Positions 18,134 through 26,372 of a stretch of DNA of 64,000 nt are shown here, piece after piece; positions within the stretch are counted from its first letter, which is position 1, and every line of letters begins with the position of its first letter. Origin of the DNA: Candidatus Enterousia sp. (GTDB lineage Bacteria > Pseudomonadota > Alphaproteobacteria > Rs-D84). The stretch spans positions 47,830 through 111,829 of the forward strand of contig JAZLBQ010000004.1 in assembly GCA_045613785.1 (NCBI GenBank), written 5' to 3'. The notes under the pieces are model-generated. The model was not told the origin of the DNA. It did not search any database and was given only the letters and a program-made list of their open reading frames with translations. The translations under genes and the position numbers were made by a program.

Positions 18134-18954
18134 CAGATTTAATTACATCTTTGCCACCTGTGTCTGCAATGATGATTGAATGTGGGCTAGAACCTAAAAA
18201 GCAGTTTGGTCAGAATTTTTTGTTTGATTTGAATTTAACAGGCCGTATTGCTAACAGTGTTCCTGATATAAAAAACACTAATGTTGTAGAAGTTGGACCT
18301 GGGCCAGGTGGTCTTACCCGTGCGATTTTATTAGCAGGTGCCAAGCAACTGATTGCGATTGAAAAGGACAAGACAACCGAGCCGATATTGTCGCAAATTA
18401 TTGATGCATCAAAAGGTCGCTTGTCTGTAATTTATGATGATGCATTGCGTGTAGATTTTTCAAGGTTGGGTTTTGATGAATATGCAGTATGTGCGAACTT
18501 GCCGTATAATGTTGGTACAGAGTTATTGATAGGTTGGTTAAAAAAGATTGCGACTGGTGAACGTATAACATCGCTGACCTTGATGTTCCAGCGAGAGGTT
18601 GCTCAGCGAATCACCGCCCGTCCTAGTGATGAACATTATGGTCGTCTGGCTGTTTTAACATCATTACTTGCCAACGCCAAGATTTTATTTGATGTTCCAA
18701 ACACAGCCTTTGTTCCACGTCCACGTGTTCAAAGTGCTGTTGTTCAAATAATTCCAGATGCTCAAAAGATTTCGCAAATTTCAGACATTACCAAGATTGA
18801 ACAAATCACCGCAAAACTGTTTGGGCAGCGTCGTAAAATGATACGTGGGATTATGCCTGGTGTTGATTGGTCTGCGTTTGGTCTTGACGGAACAGAGCGT
18901 GCTGAAAATCTTGCACCAGAAACATTTGCAATCTTGGCAAATAATTTGTTATAG
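18130..18954 (+). CDS. rsmA: 16S rRNA (adenine1518/1519-N6)-dimethyltransferase
   Basis: KKQFGQNFL...VVEVGPGPGGLT SAM-binding motif. 4-nt overlap with recR. Confidence 0.9.
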   Translation: MTDLITSLPPVSAMMIECGLEPKKQFGQNFLFDLNLTGRIANSVPDIKNTNVVEVGPGPGGLTRAILLAGAKQLIAIEKDKTTEPILSQIIDASKGRLSVIYDDALRVDFSRLGFDEYAVCANLPYNVGTELLIGWLKKIATGERITSLTLMFQREVAQRITARPSDEHYGRLAVLTSLLANAKILFDVPNTAFVPRPRVQSAVVQIIPDAQKISQISDITKIEQITAKLFGQRRKMIRGIMPGVDWSAFGLDGTERAENLAPETFAILANNLL

Positions 18955-18983
18955 TTTTTTATATCAGGGGAACGGGGGGGATA

Positions 18984-20693
18984 ATGTCGTTATCATTACT
19001 CGCATTTTTTGCAATTGTTTTTACATTGGTTTATACGCTACGTATGGCTAAAATCGGTTCTTTGGTTGCGTTTTTATTCGCAGGCGTTTTATCTGGGCCG
19101 TATGTTTTTAATCTGTTTGAATTATCAGATGCCTGGACGTTTCTGGGTGATATGGGAATATTATTTTTGTGGTTCAGTATTGGACTGGAAATAAATATCA
19201 AGCGTCTGTGGCGTATGAAACGCACGATATTTGGTTTTGGTGCTGCCCAGGTAATGATGGTTGCGGTCATGTTGTTCCCATTGTTGTTTGGACTGACAAC
19301 TTGGTCTATTCTTGGGTGCATAATGGTGTCGCTAATGTTAGCAATGTCCAGCACTTCTGTTGATTTGCAGTTGTTGACAGAACGTAATCAGTTAAATACA
19401 GAAATGGGGCGGCAAACATTTTCAATTCTTTTGTTCCAAGACCTATTGTCGATTCCGTTGTTGGCAATGCTACCTGCACTGGCAGGGCGAACATTTAACC
19501 TGGGGGCAACTGCAATAGATGTTGGTGTAATATCTGTTGTTCTGGTTTTATCTGTTGTCTTGATGGGGCGTTTTGTAATGACGCCATTATTCCGTCAGGT
19601 TGCAAAACTTAAATCCAAAGAAGCCTTTTTGCTTGCAGTAATGCTGAATATTGTTGTTTGGGCTGTTTTGGTTGACTTGATTGGTTTGCCAGCAGGTCTA
19701 GGTGCGTTTTTGGCAGGTATGTTGATGTCAGAAACAATTTATCGTCATCAAATTACCGCTGAAATTTCGCCTTATGCAACATTATTTCTGGCGTTTTTCT
19801 TTATCTCATTGGGTATGGGGCTAGACCTAAAACTGCTAGGACATTATTGGTATGTTGTTCTGTTTGGTGTTATAGGGTTGATTGCGTTAAAGTTTTTTGC
19901 AATATTCATTGTTGCACGTGTTCGTGGTATCAACGCACCTGATGCATTGATGATTTCTTTGATTCTAGCTCAGGGTGGTGAATTTGCATTATTGATGCTG
20001 CAAACAATGAAGACCAGTGGGATTTCTGCAATTCCATCTGGCCACAAAGAAATCTTGACGGCGATAATAATCCTATCGATTATGATAACTCCGCTATTGT
20101 TAGGCTTGCATGATTATTTGCAGCGAAATGGACGGTTGTTTCCTCAGCGTCAATCACGCAAAATAGAAATGAATAAATCAGAAGTTCAACCTGATGTGAT
20201 TGTTTGTGGTTTTGGTCGTGTTGGTCAAATTATATGCCAAATGCTGGACGCAAAAAAGATTCCATATGTTGCGATTGACCTAGATGTTAACGCTGTTATG
20301 ATGGGGCGTGAAATGGGCTTTAATGTAGTCTATGGAAATACGACCAGTCGTGATGTGTTATCTGAATTTGGTCTGCGTCCACGGCGTGTAAAATCAGTTG
20401 TTGTTGCATTGGATAATGCTACTACTGCCAAACGAACAATATTGACAGTCCGTTCGATTGCACCACGTGTAAAAATATTTGCCCGTGCTCGTAATCTGGC
20501 TGATTCACAGATGTTGATGACCCAAGGCGTTGAAACAGTAATGCCAGAAACCATAGAATCTTCATTTTTATTGGGCTTTGGTGTCTTGTCTGATTTAGGC
20601 GTATCTGAACGCAGTATAAATAACCTGCTAACCGAAATGCGTCAGGATAATTATGCAGTCTTATCGACTGTGATTTCGGACAAACGTGATTGA
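18984..20693 (+). CDS. CPA2-family cation:proton antiporter with C-terminal TrkA-N (RCK) domain (KefB/KefC-like)
   Basis: About 12 transmembrane segments followed by a Rossmann-type VIVCGFGRVGQ motif. Confidence 0.85.
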   Translation: MSLSLLAFFAIVFTLVYTLRMAKIGSLVAFLFAGVLSGPYVFNLFELSDAWTFLGDMGILFLWFSIGLEINIKRLWRMKRTIFGFGAAQVMMVAVMLFPLLFGLTTWSILGCIMVSLMLAMSSTSVDLQLLTERNQLNTEMGRQTFSILLFQDLLSIPLLAMLPALAGRTFNLGATAIDVGVISVVLVLSVVLMGRFVMTPLFRQVAKLKSKEAFLLAVMLNIVVWAVLVDLIGLPAGLGAFLAGMLMSETIYRHQITAEISPYATLFLAFFFISLGMGLDLKLLGHYWYVVLFGVIGLIALKFFAIFIVARVRGINAPDALMISLILAQGGEFALLMLQTMKTSGISAIPSGHKEILTAIIILSIMITPLLLGLHDYLQRNGRLFPQRQSRKIEMNKSEVQPDVIVCGFGRVGQIICQMLDAKKIPYVAIDLDVNAVMMGREMGFNVVYGNTTSRDVLSEFGLRPRRVKSVVVALDNATTAKRTILTVRSIAPRVKIFARARNLADSQMLMTQGVETVMPETIESSFLLGFGVLSDLGVSERSINNLLTEMRQDNYAVLSTVISDKRD

Positions 20694-20703
20694 TTGTTGG
20701 TTA

Positions 20704-20738
20704 CAAAAAAGTCCCCATTTTTTGGGGACATTTTATTT
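20704..20738 (+). terminator. Rho-independent terminator after the antiporter gene
   Basis: GTCCCCATTTTTTGGGGAC hairpin plus T-rich tail. Confidence 0.55.
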
Positions 20739-20793
20739 GCATTTCACCTTGCATATTGTTATATTTCAACCTATATAGAACGGAAAGGCAAAC

Positions 20794-21330
20794 ATGAAAA
20801 AAATAACATTGATTTTATCAGTCATTTTTGGTGTGTTGTTCTTGGATTTGGTGTCCAAGGGGGCATTGTTGTATTTAATCACGGGTGGCGTTCCCTTGTT
20901 TGGTGCTGCGTGGGACGTTGTTTCTGTGCCGTATTTAATGGCATTTGTGTGCGATTATTTTAATATTGTCTTTACATGGAATCCTGGTGCATCATTTTCA
21001 ATGTTTCGTGCCCTGGGCGAAGCGACTCCGATAATATTGATATTTGCAACTGGTGCAATAATTGGAATGATATTGCATTATTTGTTTACTCGTGCCAAGT
21101 CGTATGAATTGGTGCCATTGTCATTGATTGCTGGTGGTGCAATTGGTAATTTGATTGACCGCATCAGATTTGGTGCAGTGGTTGATTTTCTAGATTTTCA
21201 TATTGGTGGTTGGCATTGGCCTGCGTTCAATATTGCAGACATTTGTATTGTTGTCGGTGTTGGTTTGTATTTGTTAAATATGTTCCTTGCCCGTCGTCGT
21301 TGTTTAAAAAATATAAAGGATGGTAAATAA
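20794..21330 (+). CDS. lspA: Lipoprotein signal peptidase II
   Basis: NPGASFSMF and GGAIGNLIDR...FNIAD motifs. Confidence 0.9.
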   Translation: MKKITLILSVIFGVLFLDLVSKGALLYLITGGVPLFGAAWDVVSVPYLMAFVCDYFNIVFTWNPGASFSMFRALGEATPIILIFATGAIIGMILHYLFTRAKSYELVPLSLIAGGAIGNLIDRIRFGAVVDFLDFHIGGWHWPAFNIADICIVVGVGLYLLNMFLARRRCLKNIKDGK

Positions 21331-21332
21331 AA

Positions 21333-22892
21333 ATGGTTCAGTATATGGATAAAAATTCTGGTTTTAATCAGTGGAATGCGAACAAGAATGCAAGCCAACG
21401 CAAATCTCCATTTTCAGGCTTTTTGTGGTGGACATTGATGTTTATTGCTGCTTGGTGGGCAATTGGTGCGATTACATCGCCTCGGCAGACTGTGCAATCA
21501 GATGCCGTCATAACGACCAGCGAAGATTTATCAAGTGTTCCGACATCAACAATTTCGTCTGATAACATAACGGCAACGGTTCAAGGCTTGCGTATATCAG
21601 ATATTGCACTGACAAATTTTGCAGCCTCTCCAGATACTACCGAGCCAGTTGTTTTATTAGGCAAAGATGATAATTTTATCGAAGTAGGCTTACTTGCCAC
21701 TGGCACAACTGCTCCTGTTTCTACGACCGCTTGGTCTGGTCAAGAAGGAACATACACATGGCGTAATACAGACGGTATTGAATTTGTTCGCAGCATCGTT
21801 GCAGACGGTTATACAATAACAATTACAGATACTATCAATAATAAATCACGTTCAGATATATCTGTTGCACCTTATGCAAGAATTGTTCGTGAGAATGATA
21901 AAGCCTCTGCTGCTGGTGTGTCAAACGGTGCGATTGCGTATGTGAATTCTGACGTAGAAGACGTAGCCTGGTCAAAGCTAGATAAAAAATCATATGCCTA
22001 TTCAACAACAACTGGCTTTGCAGGATTTACAGATCAGTATTGGGAAACAGTTGCATCTGTTTCATCACCTGATCAAACAATCCGCATTAAAAAGTCAGGC
22101 GATAAATATGCATCTGACATTGCGGCGTCTGCTGTTCCTGTTGCTGCTGGCACAACTGCAACACTCACAACCAATCTGTTTACTGGTCCACGTGATCAGA
22201 CTGTTTTGGATTATGCGGAATCAAAGATTCCAGGAATTGCCGAAACGATTGATTATGGTTGGTTCTGGTTCTTGGCACGTCCAATGTTGTGGTTATTAAA
22301 TGCAATTCACAGTATTGTGATGAATTATGGTATTGCGATTATCATAATGACAATTTTACTGCGTATGCTGATGTGGCCTTTGACCCGCAAATCATATGTT
22401 TCAATGGCTGCGATGCAGAAAATGCAACCAGAAATGCAACGTATCCAGAAATTGTATGCAAATGATAAAATGCGTCTGCAAATGGAAATGATGAAACTGT
22501 ATCAAACGCACAAGACATCACCAATGTCAGGCTGCTTGCCAATGTTGATTCAGATTCCAATATTCTTCGCATTGTATAAGGCCTTGTTGGTATCTGTTGC
22601 GATGCGTAATGCACACTTTTTGTGGATATCTGATTTATCTGCGATGGATCCATACTTTATATTACCTATAATGATGGGTGCAACCATGTGGATTCAGCAA
22701 CGTTTACAGTCGCCAAAAACATCTGGTAATGGCAATGATGTTGCTGCCCAGACTCAACGAATGATGCGTTGGATGCCAATATTGTTTACGGTAATGTTTG
22801 CTTGGATGCCGGCAGGATTAGTTTTGTATTGGACGGTATCGAATATATTTGGGATAATCCAAATGGAAATGATAAAACAAAAAAACAAGTAA
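21333..22892 (+). CDS. yidC: Membrane protein insertase YidC
   Basis: Large periplasmic domain plus the conserved C-terminal five-transmembrane core (LLRMLMWPLTRKSYVSMAAMQKMQPEMQRIQKLY...). Confidence 0.9.
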   Translation: MVQYMDKNSGFNQWNANKNASQRKSPFSGFLWWTLMFIAAWWAIGAITSPRQTVQSDAVITTSEDLSSVPTSTISSDNITATVQGLRISDIALTNFAASPDTTEPVVLLGKDDNFIEVGLLATGTTAPVSTTAWSGQEGTYTWRNTDGIEFVRSIVADGYTITITDTINNKSRSDISVAPYARIVRENDKASAAGVSNGAIAYVNSDVEDVAWSKLDKKSYAYSTTTGFAGFTDQYWETVASVSSPDQTIRIKKSGDKYASDIAASAVPVAAGTTATLTTNLFTGPRDQTVLDYAESKIPGIAETIDYGWFWFLARPMLWLLNAIHSIVMNYGIAIIIMTILLRMLMWPLTRKSYVSMAAMQKMQPEMQRIQKLYANDKMRLQMEMMKLYQTHKTSPMSGCLPMLIQIPIFFALYKALLVSVAMRNAHFLWISDLSAMDPYFILPIMMGATMWIQQRLQSPKTSGNGNDVAAQTQRMMRWMPILFTVMFAWMPAGLVLYWTVSNIFGIIQMEMIKQKNK

Positions 22893-22926
22893 AAAAAAAT
22901 ACGCCACAAGGGCGGATTTTTATTTT
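22893..22926 (+). terminator. Rho-independent terminator after yidC
   Basis: CGCCACAAGGGCGG hairpin preceded by an A-run and followed by TTTTTATTTT. Confidence 0.55.
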
Positions 22927-23289
22927 AGGTTCAGTTTTTTATACAACGCCTCTGGCGTTTGAATCCATGGGGATTTTAGTTTTATCATTGTCTTGGTCAA
23001 CTGCACACAGGTAAAACATAATTCAGTATTTACTGCTGTGTTTAATTGGCCAGCAAAGACCAAGAACTGCCACCCGTGCTTTTGCAAGATAAATAAATCA
23101 CGCAATTTTAATTCTATTTTTTTAATGTTATTGTGCTTTACAAATTGATATAGAATCATTTTGTTTTTATGAACGTAAATAGGTGCGACGTGCTTAAAAT
23201 TCTTGCAGAACAGTTTTGCCAAAAATTTATTAGATTTATTTGAAAATGCAATTATAAACATTTTTTTTTGCCTGTTATTTTGTGTAAAA

Positions 23290-23315
23290 GCAAATCCCCA
23301 ATCGGGGATTTTGAT
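23290..23315. terminator. Hairpin terminator at the 3' end of the 114-aa minus-strand gene
   Basis: AAATCCCCAATCGGGGATTT. Confidence 0.4.
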
Positions 23316-23659
23316 TATTCAATCCAGCCACGCTGACGAGCATTTTGTTCCAGTTCACGCATTGCGTTTCGCCACTGTTCTGCTGCACGATTTTCTGCCC
23401 AAATATGTTGATGAGGAGCTCGTCTTTTGTCGCCAAATTTTTTCATTACTACTAATTGTTCTTCGGTCAATTTTCCTGCCAGATATAATTTTGTGATCAT
23501 TGATTCTACATCTAAAATTTCGCATGGTCTGCGTGTTTGAGACGAACGATTCCGCATAAAAGTATTGTTCTGAACAGCTTTTGAATACAAAAACCAAAAC
23601 CATAATTGTTCTGCATTTTGAAATTTTTCAGTCTGAATCATAGGCATTGTTTTGGTCAT
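23315..23659 (-). CDS. Hypothetical small protein, 114 aa, with a possible helix-turn-helix segment
   Basis: ORF MTKTMPMIQTEKFQNAEQLWFWFLYSKAV...ITKLYLAGKLTEEQLVVMKKFGDKRRAP.... It sits directly downstream of the virB10 terminators on the same strand, and a hairpin lies at its 3' end. Confidence 0.5.
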   Translation of the reverse strand: MTKTMPMIQTEKFQNAEQLWFWFLYSKAVQNNTFMRNRSSQTRRPCEILDVESMITKLYLAGKLTEEQLVVMKKFGDKRRAPHQHIWAENRAAEQWRNAMRELEQNARQRGWIE

Positions 23660-23835
23660 TTTTCTTTCTCCTTTTTTTTATATTTCCCACCTAGCACTAT
23701 CTATAGTATAAGAAAAGATTCCTGTAAAACACTACAACCAATGGTTGAAGTTCGAATCGAAAAACAGATTCGGTTCTGAAAATTGGATTGTGCTTTGCGA
23801 ATCGAATTTTTTCTTTGTTTCATATTTTTTATAAA

Positions 23836-23951
23836 AAAAAGTGTGCCAACTGGCACACGGTTTTCTATTTATCTTAATCAAAGTCTTATGTGAAATTTTT
23901 CTCCTTTGTAAATATTGTTAAATTAAAACCCGCCGATGGCGGGTTTGTTTA
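23836..23951 (-). terminator. Two tandem rho-independent terminators downstream of virB10 (minus strand)
   Basis: Hairpins AAACCCGCCGATGGCGGGTTT (23925-23945) and GTGTGCCAACTGGCACAC (23846-23863). On the minus strand each is followed by a U-run. Confidence 0.55.
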
Positions 23952-26354
23952 TTACAGAATTGGTGGGAAGCAATCACCGCCTGTTTCAGGGCAACAGTTA
24001 AATCCTTGTTCGCCCATATCGGTGTATATTTCTCCTGGACAGCAACCATTTGCATCTGGTGCAATATCGCCTTCGCACATTATTTGTTCAACGACTTCCT
24101 CGACCGCTGGTTTCTCAGGTTTCTCAAATGGATTTTCAATTGCACCTGTTTCTTCGTCGTATTTCAGGCCCAACACCTGTTCATTATATGCTTGCTGCCC
24201 CTGATCTGCAACATATGCAATACTGTTCTGATTGCTTGTTGATTGCTGATTTTGGAATACAGCTTCCTGCTTTGCATTATTTATTGCCTTATATTGACTA
24301 GACTGGCAATAGAACAACACTGTTCTGTAATCTAGGCCTGCGTTGTATATCTCTTCTGCACTTGCTGTAACCTTGCCTGTGCTTAAATCGCAATACTGTG
24401 CCAAATTAAATGAACGCACCTGACCAACCCATTCTTCCCCTGACTGGTCAATATTCACAGAGTTTGCAACGCTATTGTAATTAAACCTATTTTGTTGTAA
24501 TGATTTACTGTAATAACTTTCCATCTTACAGCTTTTGCCACCGTCTGGACACACAACAATCAAGTCCTCTGGGGAATAGACTGTGATACGTGTTCCTGCT
24601 GCGATTGTAAACGGTGGAACAGTGTTATCCATCATATCGACCAACAGCTTTTGTGCAACCTGATTCCAGGCAGTAATGATTTCATTTTTTGCCAGTTCTG
24701 ATGAACGCACAGTTCCACTTTGAACGACTGTGTTGTTGTCCAAATCGATTTGATTTACAAACGCATCGCTGACAGGAGCAATCAAATTCACCGCTGCTGG
24801 CACAATCGCTGTCAACATTGGCATAATAAATTGTTCCATATAATCAGTGCTGCCACGTCCTGGCACGCCAACACGTCCTTGGGCATCACCTGCAAAAGGC
24901 TGATTTCCTTGATTGTTAAAGTTAAATTCAACACCATCTGGTCGTATAAACTGATACCAGTTTATTTGCATACGTCCAATTGCCTTGTATGGGCCTGGCA
25001 AATCACCTGTCACATATCCCAGCATCAAAGTTCCTGTTGGGATAATAATATTACGTCCGTCGTCTGAATAAACGTTTCTATCAACAGTTGCACGAACGGG
25101 CAGGGGGCGTCCATTTTTGAAAACTTCTGCATCGGCTCGAACTTCAGATACAATAGTTGCAGGAATTGGCTTGTATTGACGCAAAATGAAACTGCGGTCA
25201 TACGGTTGTGATGCAACAACGCCATCACCCGAAGTGCCAAATATTACTTCCGTAGTTTCTTTTAGCTTTAGTCCACCAAAAGCTTCCATACCGTTTGCAG
25301 TCAGGCGACCTGCACCACGACTGTTCATTACGACTGCATTTGCTTCATCCGAGTCCAGTTGGCGTGCACGATTTACAACCTTTATTGCAGGTGCATTAGA
25401 CAGTTCTGGGATTTTGCCATCCCATGTTGCAGCAAAAACGATATGGTCTGCATCTGTTCCTATCTTTTTACCTTTGTTATCAGTGATAATACCATTGTCT
25501 GGATTGTATGTTCCTGTTGGTTTTTCGCAGTTTTTATCTGAAAATGGGTGAAATTTATATGTTCCACCATCGGGTTTTATCCAACCGATTTGGACGCCAA
25601 AATTATTATAACCTGGGAAAGCAAAGTCCGTGCATCCATCAGGGATTTCAATTTTTTCAGTTTTTGCTGTCTTTGTCACAGGTTTTTCAATCTTTACTGA
25701 CGGAGAAATTGTTTCGACGTTCTTTTTAATTTCTTCTTTGACAGGCTCTGGTTCTGGCTTTGCTTCAATCACAGGCTCTGGTTCTGGCTCTGGTTCTGGC
25801 ACGATGACAGGTTCTGGGATTGGCTCAGGTTTTTTTTCAACGACTGGTGAAACAGCCCCCAAGGTCAGAACAATTTTCGAAGTCTTTTTCATTGCATCAG
25901 TTTCATCTGCTTTGTGCCAGTCAACGAACACAGGAACTTGTTCTGTTGCCATTGGTGCAGTTGGTGCATATGAAACAATCACCCCACAGGCTAGATTTTC
26001 GTTTATCTGTCCCATTTCAGTGCAAGTTCCTTTGACATCAAATCCCTTGATGTCCTTGTGGCGACGAACAGAAATCACCTTAACAGGAGCTGTTGCAGAA
26101 ATCTTGATTGTTTCAGTTTTTTTCTGTCCGATTGTCGTTTCTGCCCAGTTTATCATATCAGGGGAAATGACAATATCTACTGATCCGCTATCAGTGCTAG
26201 AAATATCTGATTTGCTTGATTTTTTATTATTTCCACTCAGCAGCAAGGTCAACAATATCAGCACCACAACAAATGCAGCCGCCATCAACAACCACTGCAC
26301 CCGTTTTGGTGTATTTTGTCGCATTTCTGAAAACTGTTCTTTGAAACTAGCCAT
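23952..26354 (-). CDS. virB10: Type IV secretion VirB10/TrbI-family protein, enlarged to 800 aa
   Basis: Short cytoplasmic N-terminus, a transmembrane helix (LLMAAAFVVVLILLTLLLS), a Pro-rich PEPEPEP linker and a TrbI/VirB10 beta-barrel core (RLTANGMEAFGGL...IGRMQINWYQFIRPDGVEFNF...PPFTIAAGTRITVYSPEDL). In addition there is an extra domain of about 120 aa before the linker and a Cys-rich C-terminal extension of about 190 aa (...GCCPGEIYTDMGEQGFNCCPETGGDCFPPIL). Confidence 0.85.
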   Translation of the reverse strand: MASFKEQFSEMRQNTPKRVQWLLMAAAFVVVLILLTLLLSGNNKKSSKSDISSTDSGSVDIVISPDMINWAETTIGQKKTETIKISATAPVKVISVRRHKDIKGFDVKGTCTEMGQINENLACGVIVSYAPTAPMATEQVPVFVDWHKADETDAMKKTSKIVLTLGAVSPVVEKKPEPIPEPVIVPEPEPEPEPVIEAKPEPEPVKEEIKKNVETISPSVKIEKPVTKTAKTEKIEIPDGCTDFAFPGYNNFGVQIGWIKPDGGTYKFHPFSDKNCEKPTGTYNPDNGIITDNKGKKIGTDADHIVFAATWDGKIPELSNAPAIKVVNRARQLDSDEANAVVMNSRGAGRLTANGMEAFGGLKLKETTEVIFGTSGDGVVASQPYDRSFILRQYKPIPATIVSEVRADAEVFKNGRPLPVRATVDRNVYSDDGRNIIIPTGTLMLGYVTGDLPGPYKAIGRMQINWYQFIRPDGVEFNFNNQGNQPFAGDAQGRVGVPGRGSTDYMEQFIMPMLTAIVPAAVNLIAPVSDAFVNQIDLDNNTVVQSGTVRSSELAKNEIITAWNQVAQKLLVDMMDNTVPPFTIAAGTRITVYSPEDLIVVCPDGGKSCKMESYYSKSLQQNRFNYNSVANSVNIDQSGEEWVGQVRSFNLAQYCDLSTGKVTASAEEIYNAGLDYRTVLFYCQSSQYKAINNAKQEAVFQNQQSTSNQNSIAYVADQGQQAYNEQVLGLKYDEETGAIENPFEKPEKPAVEEVVEQIMCEGDIAPDANGCCPGEIYTDMGEQGFNCCPETGGDCFPPIL
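25745..25836 (-). repeat. Simple-sequence repeat (GGTTCTGGC/GGCTCTGGT)n encoding the PEPEPEP linker of VirB10
   Basis: Directly visible nonamer/hexamer periodicity on the plus strand. It encodes PEPEPEPEPV on the minus strand. Confidence 0.6.
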
Positions 26355-26372
26355 CCCTCAAATCCACTAATT

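Noticed and set aside
22920-23261. 113-aa minus-strand Lys-rich ORF in the AT-rich spacer after yidC
   Set aside because: Very AT-rich and low complexity, with no RBS or terminator of its own. I treat the 400-nt region as non-coding. Low confidence either way.
25630-26370. 246-aa + strand ORF with GSGSGSG repeats
   Set aside because: It is antisense to virB10. Its Gly-Ser repeat is the mirror image of the PEPEPEP-encoding simple repeat. Not a gene.
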